From Octopus bimaculoides (lineage: Eukaryota), in contig NC_068984.1 of NCBI RefSeq assembly GCF_001194135.2, forward strand, positions 57,839,494 to 57,882,736: a stretch of 43,243 nt of DNA, in the 5' to 3' direction. Below are positions 36,073 through 43,243 of this stretch, one piece after another. The first letter of the stretch is position 1; each line of letters begins with the position of its first letter. A model generated the notes under the pieces. The model saw nothing but the letters and a program-made list of their open reading frames with translations. It was not told the DNA's origin and searched no databases. The position numbers and the translations under genes were made by a program.

Positions 36073-36145
36073 CATCCTTAAGTTCATTGCTGAGATAGTT
36101 CTTTACAACTCCTTTTCTGTATTGCGGGAGATAAACACTAAAAAA
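36073..36145 (-). CDS. IPO13: IPO13 exon: FFSVYLPQYRKGVVKNYLSNELKD(V)
   Basis: ctattag acceptor (frame-preserving), GTAAGA donor, 73 nt; LPQYRKG matches IPO13. Confidence 0.9.
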
Positions 36146-37916
36146 CTAATAGAACATAATAGAATTTGTGTTAAGAAAGAAAATAGAAAAAACATAATAT
36201 GAAGATGACACAAACATTCAAATTTGTATTCTGTCAATTGGATATATCAGATAACTGAGTAATTTGAATTATATGTTATTTATAACAAGTATATTGTCAG
36301 AATTCACATCTTTGATCAGTTTCCTTCAAAAACTGTCATTAAAAATTAAAAGTGCTTTTTGCTCATTAGCTTTTATTTATTAGCCCATAACATTTTTAAA
36401 ATTTAGCCTGAGTACAGGTAATTTAAAGATTTTAATCATAATTAATATTATCATCAAATTACAAATAGATAAATTGATGGTGGTGAAATGCAAGCAAGAA
36501 GAGTTCCATAGTGATGTAGTTATGAAGGAAAAAGGAATTGGAGAAATGTGTTTAGTGTAAAAGTAAGGAAATATTCAATTTTTAGTTACATTTAGGTTCT
36601 GAGGTTTTAGTACTTTGTTATTGTATTTTTATATATAATGCTTCCTTATTATGCAAGTAAAATTGATCTTCATGTTGTTTCTATGAAAAAACTCTTTTCA
36701 TAAGGCATAATATGTGGAACAGATGATACAGGTTTATATAAATTTGGTATAAAAATTGTTGCAAGTTTGAGATAACAGGTTCTGTTACAGTAATGGTTAG
36801 ATGAAAAATATAAATCTTTCATTTTGTATCCCCCACCACCACTTTTTTTTTCACTTAAACACACTTTAAATTTTGAAGTATGAAGCCATATGTCAATTGC
36901 AATGTAACTTTATTGTTTCCCTTGCAGATCTACCACAACCTCATTTACCAAGAGGTCCTTGTTATGTGAGCTCAAGGGTGCTGATGCCACATAAAAAGCA
37001 CCTGTACAAGTGCCATATATAAGGCATCCATGTTGGTGCCACTTCAAAAGCACCCAGAACATTGGATAGTGGTTGGCACTAGGAAGGGCATCCAGCCATA
37101 GAAACCATGCCAAAACAGACAATTGGAGCTTGGTGCAGCTCTTTGGGAAGCCAGCTCTTGTCAAGCTGTCCAACTCATGTCAGCATGGAAAACAGATATA
37201 TGATGATGATGACAATGATGACGTGACTCATACATTACTATATTATAAGTTTTATTTATATTTCATATTAAATAAAACTATTTCCTTGTTCATTATGTCC
37301 TTTTTTTATGCTCTATTCAGAGGTGAAGATAGCCAGGCAAAAGGAGGAAGAAACTATGGGTTATACTCAGACTAGAGACCTAGTCTGGATGCTTGCAAAT
37401 GAGTGGACTCTACAAAAGGAGTCAAAGGGTCAACTGGTGGTATTAAACAGGTCAACAGATTATGCCTACTATTTAAGAACTGAATGGGCTTCTATGCAGT
37501 TTCATCTATTTAGATTCAGTTACAAAGCTTCATGTAACCTGAGGATATAGAAGAAAATGCATATTCAGAATACGGTGCAATAGGATCAAACCAAGCATCA
37601 TTTGATTGTGAAGTAAAACTTCTTGACTACACAACCATAACTGCAGATGTGTTTTGCAAAAAAAAAACTGTTCTGGCTGTTTTGTTGGATTTATCAATTA
37701 TTATGTTCTGTTTATGAATTAAAAATATACAAGGACTACTTCAATCACTCCTTTCTTGTAGATTAACCAAAGGATATAGCAGTTTTTCTGGGGACTTAGA
37801 ATACCTAGGTGATTATTTAAATCAATCTAGGATTTTTTTAAAATCTAAATAAATGAAAAGAAATCTGAGAGATTTAGTTAATGAAAATAACATAAAAATG
37901 TAAAAAAAAAACATAC

Positions 37917-37947
37917 CTCTTCTGGAATAACAGTCAAAGTTTCAATT
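37917..37947 (-). CDS. IPO13: IPO13 exon, 3' part only (IETLTVIPEE); 5' part lies in the N gap
   Basis: GAG|GTATGT donor; resembles LELLTVLPEE; sequence runs into Ns at 37948. Confidence 0.88.
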
Positions 37948-38214
37948 NNNNNNNNNNNNNNNNNNNNNNNNNNNNNNNNNNNNNNNNNNNNNNNNNNNNN
38001 NNNNNNNNNNNNNNNNNNNNNNNNNNNNNNNNNNNNNNNNNNNNNNNNNNNNNNNNNNNNNNNNNNNNNNNNNNNNNNNNNNNNNNNNNNNNNNNNNNNN
38101 NNNNNNNNNNNNNNNNNNNNNNNNNNNNNNNNNNNNNNNNNNNNNNNNNNNNNNNNNNNNNNNNNNNNNNNNNNNNNNNNNNNNNNNNNNNNNNNNNNNN
38201 NNNNNNNNNNNNNN
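37948..38214. other. Assembly gap (267 N) containing the 5' part of an IPO13 exon
   Basis: Run of N directly abutting the exon fragment at 37917-37947. Confidence 0.95.
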
Positions 38215-38439
38215 ACCAATAACAAACTTTGTATATAAATACTTGCATGTGTGTGTATGTGTGTGTGTGTGTATATATACAGAGAGATAGAGAGAGAGAG
38301 AGAGAGAGAAAAATGGGTAAATTGTCAGCATTTTATATTTTTAATTTCAAACATGCGATTTTTTAAAAATGTTTTTGATTTTGCTGACTACACAATATAG
38401 TAGGGACAGTTGGGCACTGTCTGTAAGAAAAACAGCACC

Positions 38440-38820
38440 ATGACGCAAATCACTCTGCCAGAAATTTGGAAACGACATGCTGTACTGCTTGGCATTCACA
38501 ATGGAAGTTCCAATACAAACGTCTTAGAGTGTTTGGGTGTCAATCTGAGGACAGTGTAGAGGATTTGGAAAGTGTTGGATGGTTCTAATGGTGATTACGA
38601 AGGTACAGCAGCTCAGAAAATTCACTCTCATAAGAAAAGAACTGAATTTTTGGTGAGATCCAGGTCATGATTGACAACAATCCCTACAAGTCAATCAGGT
38701 CCATCACCAGGGACATGGGAGTGTCTGAGTTTTTATCAGGCAGGTAGTGCATGAAGACATTCGGTATTCCTCATACAAGAAGGAAAGGGGCCAATTTTTA
38801 TCCCAAGCCATGAAGGTTCT
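38440..38820 (+). mobile_element. Tc1/mariner-superfamily transposase N-terminal remnant
   Basis: MTQITLPEIWKRHAVLLGIHNG..LGVNLRTV and MIDNNPYKSIRSITRDMGVSEF..VHEDIRYSSYK (paired HTH-like segments); stops and frameshifts. Confidence 0.7.
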
Positions 38821-38928
38821 CAGGATCTATCCAGCCATGTGGTTGGAAGCAAGCTTCTTACCACACAGCCATGCCTGCACTTTCGTTCAAATAAATTTTA
38901 TTTATATAAAAAACTTCAAGATACTTAC

Positions 38929-39027
38929 ACTGACATTAGGAAAATTAGACTGACTGAACGTTTCCCTGAGATTAGAGACTGGCTTGGGCCACATACTAGG
39001 TATTGTTTGAAGCACCAATGAGGAGAA
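38929..39027 (-). CDS. IPO13: IPO13 exon: FSSLVLQTIPSMWPKPVSNLRETFSQSNFPNVS
   Basis: ttttttag acceptor, GTAAGT donor, 99 nt, phase 0/0; resembles LASLALSMMPDAWP. Confidence 0.88.
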
Positions 39028-39765
39028 CTAAAAAAGAAAACATGGAAATAGAAAGAATGTTGTATTAGCACACATGTATTCTAGCTTCATAAAATATATT
39101 TATCTAGATTTAACTGCCAAATTCCATGCAGGTGAGTGATTAGTACTACTCCTTGTAATATGTTACAAATATGCATTCAGGTATGTTCTAAAATAATGTT
39201 TCTCATGGATGGGACACCTCACTCCACGTGGTTGTGCATGTGGGAGGGAGATTGAAAAAGAAACATTGCCAAATTCAATAAATGAAGATGATTTAAAACT
39301 TTTTAAACTTGTCCAATACCACGGTAGAGAAAAAAATAATTATACAGATACAAACTCCTATTTTGTTTTCTGTGTAACCCTCTAGCATTTAAACTAGCTA
39401 TATCCAGCCAAAATATTCTGCCTCTTTCATGTTCAAACATCTCATACTTGCTCTACAATGTCATTCTAAAAATAAACAATCACATCATCGAAATCTTGAA
39501 GCCATGAGATAATGCATGATAAATTTAAAACAATGTAAATAAACAAGCAGTACATTTGTTAATACAGAGAGGTGGGAAGAACTAATAATGTATTGGGAGA
39601 GAGGCTGTTGGTATTTTTCACTTTGAGAACCAGAGTTCTTAACTAATTCAGTGATGATAGAAATCATCCTTCCTCAAATCTTTCAGCTATAAAACTGTTC
39701 TGTATGTCTATATTGAACAATGTTTTCTTTTCCTTTGTCTCTCTCTCTCTCACTATATACATATA

Positions 39766-41620
39766 CTAGCAGAAGAAATACCCAGTGTTGCCCAGGTTAA
39801 AGAAAATAATGAAATTTAAAAATGCCATCTAGATTATGCAGGTCTCAACTGCTAGTAGCTGAGATACCAACTTTCTATGCAATTCTCCAACCCATGCCAA
39901 CATGGAACATAGACGTTAAATGAAATGTGAAAAGAAAGTTTTCAACTCATATATGTATACAAACACACGTTTGTCTAACTTATTTCACAAACACACGTCT
40001 GTCTAACTTATTTTGTAACCAAAAACAGGTACAGATTATAAACAATGAAAGCCATGCGGGGAGTACACACTCACACACACAAACAGACAGCGAATGTATC
40101 ACATTGCTTCACTTTTATACACACAGATATACGTTCATGCATGTCAGGCGAAAAGTGAAAGTGTAATAGTAATACTTTAACACTTCTGTATATGACATGG
40201 ACACTTCTGTATATGACATGGACACTTCTGTATATGACATGGACACTTCTGTATATGACATGGACCTACTATTCATGTAAGTGCCTCATACTGTGTTTTC
40301 TGTCTTGCCATTTTTATCACTGAGAATGTAGAGGTTCTTTTCATCACCAACTCTAGAACATCCAACATACAGCTGACCATGTGAGAAGCAAGGTTGAAGG
40401 AGGTTAAGTCCCACCACCTTTAGAGATTGACCTTGTGCTTTATTGATAGATATTGCAAAACTAAGTTTGACAGGAAACTGCAGTCTCTTGAACTGAAAGG
40501 GGAAATCATTTGAGATGAGAGGTATCCTTGGAATGAAGACATTCTCACCCATCATGTTGCCATGATCAAGAAGAGGTTTCTCAGCTGCATAGGAGACTTG
40601 CACATTTGTGTCTCTGTCAGAGTGGCATCCCAGTGTGCATCATCTTCCAGAAGACCTCTGAGATGGCAAGCCTGGTGATATGTTTGACATACTGTGTTAT
40701 CAACTGTACATAAAGCTGTAAATGATTTGGTGTAATATAAGCCTTAGATAGTAGCACTCTGAGTAGTTGGGATGGACAACATAGACTCTGCCAAATGTGT
40801 CTGATTTCTTGATTCCCAGATGATGTGCGGGTGCTCCAAGTGCATGTCTTTCCCATTTGTTTTGGTACCAGGTATAGAATTGTGGAACTTTATTGTATAG
40901 CAGTTTTGTAGCAAATTCATCATCTTGACAGAGTTTGAAGAATGCTGTGGGTGTGGTATTTTTGGAAGCTTCCATTTGTAGTTAGACTGTGTCTGTCAAT
41001 GTGCTGTCTCTGAAATGAAGGACAATGTCACGCTTGTCATGTTCTTGCTCAACCAGAAACACAGCTATTTCATTTGCTGCTGGCACATGAAACCTCCCTC
41101 CATGTTGAGCAGATGATTTCTTGTCTGATCTGATAACTACCTTGTAATCCATAGAGTCAGGTGAAATTGTTTCAAGTGCAATCTTGAAGCTTCTGATCAG
41201 GTTGTTGTTGTTATGCAGCATCTTTTGTAGAGAGACTACAATGTTCATCCTGATGCCGGAAATGTTCTTGCACCTCTTTTGCCCTTCTTGTTGAGAATCA
41301 CCCATAAAATATATTTGAAGGAATTCTGGTGATATATTTGACAGAGGTAGTAGAGAGCCAATCCGATGATAAATCTGACCTTGGACCTTGAAAGTTTGCA
41401 TGAATCCTGGCTCAGTTATATCTCATGTAGCTCTAAATGATGTCATCTGTAGTGCAGAACTGTAATGTCTAATTTTGTTTTGGAAGTGCTTGGAATCTTG
41501 GTCAGTTGATGACAACAGTATCTTCAATGGCTCTGGATTGCAGGGAGTTTAACCTTTCCACCAGAAAAGTGTCAAATTTGTTGGCATAACTACAGATTTC
41601 TGCCCCCACCCCCAATTTGG
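39766..41620 (-). mobile_element. Internally deleted Helitron (RepHel remnants plus 3' hairpin/CTAG)
   Basis: GKVKLP, PEPLK..HFQNKIRHYSSALQMTSF, FKVQGQIYHRIGSLLP, GRVYVVHP..ECYYLRL, GLLEDD..W, FKRLQFPVKLSFAISINKAQGQSL..FSHGQLYVGCSRV; hairpin cctgggcaacactggg and CTAG|T at 39766. Confidence 0.93.
40180..40265. repeat. Minisatellite: 4 perfect copies of ACACTTCTGTATATGACATGG (21 bp)
   Basis: Directly visible at 40180, 40201, 40222 and 40243. Confidence 0.97.
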
Positions 41621-41729
41621 ATGATCATGACTTTCATAAAAATGGTTATTTTTTAATAACATTTTCTGCATCATATGACCAAATCAGTGCAGTCTCCTCT
41701 CTTACACACTGCATATAATTACTCTTATG

Positions 41730-41920
41730 CTTAACTTTCTCCCAATACACTAATGTACTGTCAAACATGTATAATGACATTGCACATACAACAGCGTGTA
41801 CCAGCTTTGTTCCTCTCTAGTTTATGCATATCCTCTGCATCCAGGGTCCATGTCACACTACTATGTAGCATTGCAATTCATACACATGCATCATACAATC
41901 TTCCTTTCACTCAGAGAGAG
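41730..41920 (-). mobile_element. RTE-clade LINE fragment
   Basis: VKGRLYDACV*IAMLHSSVTW..DMHKLERN resembles the RTE post-RT region. Confidence 0.7.
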
Positions 41921-42024
41921 AGTGACTTTTGGTTGCCAATAGAGGTAAAAGCTCTCATCCTAAACTAAAGTAGGAGAAACATAATCACTCTCTGTATTAA
42001 GTAAATGAAATGAGCATTACTTAC

Positions 42025-42133
42025 TGCTAAACATAATCTTGTAAAAATTAGTCGGGGGCCATTTGCATATTCGATAATCTTTTCTAATAACTTGGTCTTC
42101 AAAGTTTCATAATCATTTTGAGGAACTTCATGC
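42025..42133 (-). CDS. IPO13: IPO13 exon (first in window): (W)HEVPQNDYETLKTKLLEKIIEYANGPRLIFTRLCLA
   Basis: ttttaaag acceptor, GTAAGT donor, 109 nt; resembles IPO13 YESLKAQL..LTRLCVA. Confidence 0.92.
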
Positions 42134-42960
42134 CTTTAAAATAAATCAATAAAACTATAAAATAGAATCCAAATAATGTAATGAAATACATAATATTTTG
42201 CTATTTCTTTTTTAAATAAAAAATATTTATATTGATATATTTTTGTTGCTTAGCACCAGGTAGACCTTCTTTAGAAAACCCGATATCAAAACATTTCAGC
42301 TGTAACCAACATGTCTTTTTAGTGGTCTATCTAATGTGTCTTTCATTGTTTATGTGAGTTGTGAGATTTAGTCAGTATTTCTAGTAAGTCAAGCAACTTC
42401 ACGGAGGCTCCCTAAATGGCTTGTTTTATATATGAATATATGAGAGGTCTTCTGGAGAAACCTGGGTTCAAATTCAACACTTATAGTTTAAATTACAAAT
42501 TAGTTGAAAAAGACAGATAGTTCTACAATGTAAGTGTGAAAATGAATTAAACTGAAGTTTTCTGTCTATCAGACCATTATTTATCATTGAGGTTATTTGA
42601 AATAGCAAATTATGTGTCATTAGTTCACATCTGCTGCTGGTTGTTTTGTTGTCCCTATGGACAGGACACATCATTTTCTCACCTTCATGACCAGCCAACA
42701 AAGGAACTACCACATACTTACTTTATCTGCTAGAAATAGTAGCCAAATCTCCCCCTACTGTTTTAAAAAAAGGATAGACCATATATAAAATGAAACATTT
42801 AAAAAGTTCGCTACCCAACCACAGGGTTTCAGGTTCAGTTCTATTGCAGGGAACCATGGGCGAGTGTCATCTACTATAGCCTCTGGCCAACCAAAGGCTT
42901 TTAAATGGATTTGGTAGACAGAAACTGAAAAAAGCCCTTTGTGTACACACACACACACAA

Positions 42961-43243
42961 CAGGTCATCCCATAAGTTCTGTCCGATTTTACCTTTTTTA
43001 AAATTGAATAAAATTTAATAGTATTTTAGAATGTCTAATAGAATTTTAAATTATTTTTATACATTTCTGTACATTTAAACTAATTAAATATTATTTTAAA
43101 TAGAATTAAAATTTCTTTGATTAAAACCCTTTCTAACATGGAAGTATCCAAAGAGCATTTGAGGCACATAATGCTTTATGAGTACAAAAAAGGAAACTCT
43201 GCAGCCGAAGTGACTCGAAATATACACTCAATTTATGGGAAAG
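42961..43243 (+). mobile_element. mariner transposon 5' end with transposase start, cut by window edge
   Basis: ATG at 43138: MEVSKEHLRHIMLYEYKKGNSAAEVTRNIHSIYGK (mariner HTH1); TIR-like caggtcatcccataagttctgtccg upstream. Confidence 0.85.

Larger units (their letters stand above)
1218..42133 (-). other. IPO13: Importin-13 gene, internal portion (22 coding exons in window; 5' and 3' ends outside window)
   Basis: Hand-spliced exons give a colinear match to human IPO13 as I recall it: YETLKTKLL..FTRLCLA, LTVIPEE, LPQYRKG, CTGLPGYYPVDETCSELTFTFWY, KEQFRCYRHDIGDT, AEWLNWNP, FREHTDIVE, LPENFTVKAS. Intron phases are mutually consistent. Confidence 0.93.

Noticed and set aside
40180-40265. CRISPR-like array
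   Set aside because: The repeats are contiguous with no spacers, and the context is eukaryotic.
1216-42024. U12-type introns in IPO13
   Set aside because: No donor shows the GTATCCTT or ATATCCTT consensus.
1218-42133. Transportin-3 (TNPO3) as the gene identity
   Set aside because: Same family, but LPQYRKG, CTGxPGxYPVxETxS and KEQFRxYRxDIxDT fit IPO13 as I recall it; a reciprocal BLAST would settle it.
42474-42713. ORF as a further upstream IPO13 exon
   Set aside because: No similarity to the expected QYFGA..LHxKIS segment; that exon probably lies beyond the window.

Overview
AT-rich, microsatellite-dense animal genomic DNA. The repeat style suggests a cephalopod such as Octopus, which is an inference. 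The window is filled by the internal part of one minus-strand gene, importin-13 (IPO13). I traced 22 coding exons by hand between 42133 and 1218. All visible splice sites are GT-AG and the intron phases join into one open frame, except that one exon is cut by an assembly gap. The gene start and end lie outside the window. The introns hold many mobile-element relics: Helitrons, an internally deleted piggyBac and piggyBac-type MITEs, mariner/Tc1 pieces, a Penelope-like RT/GIY-YIG fragment, RTE and CR1/L2 LINE pieces, tRNA-derived SINEs and a probable solo LTR. Three structures stand out. (1) A 571-bp TIR element with an 8-bp TSD and a head-to-head telomeric (CCCTAA/TTAGGG) hairpin near its centre, inserted about 20 nt upstream of an IPO13 exon. 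(2) A ~196-bp near-perfect palindrome that can refold into a three-armed hairpin. (3) A solo LTR carrying a symmetric NRF1/ETS/CRE-like motif cluster. No system is proven; these are leads. SINE and LINE boundaries are approximate unless a TSD is given.
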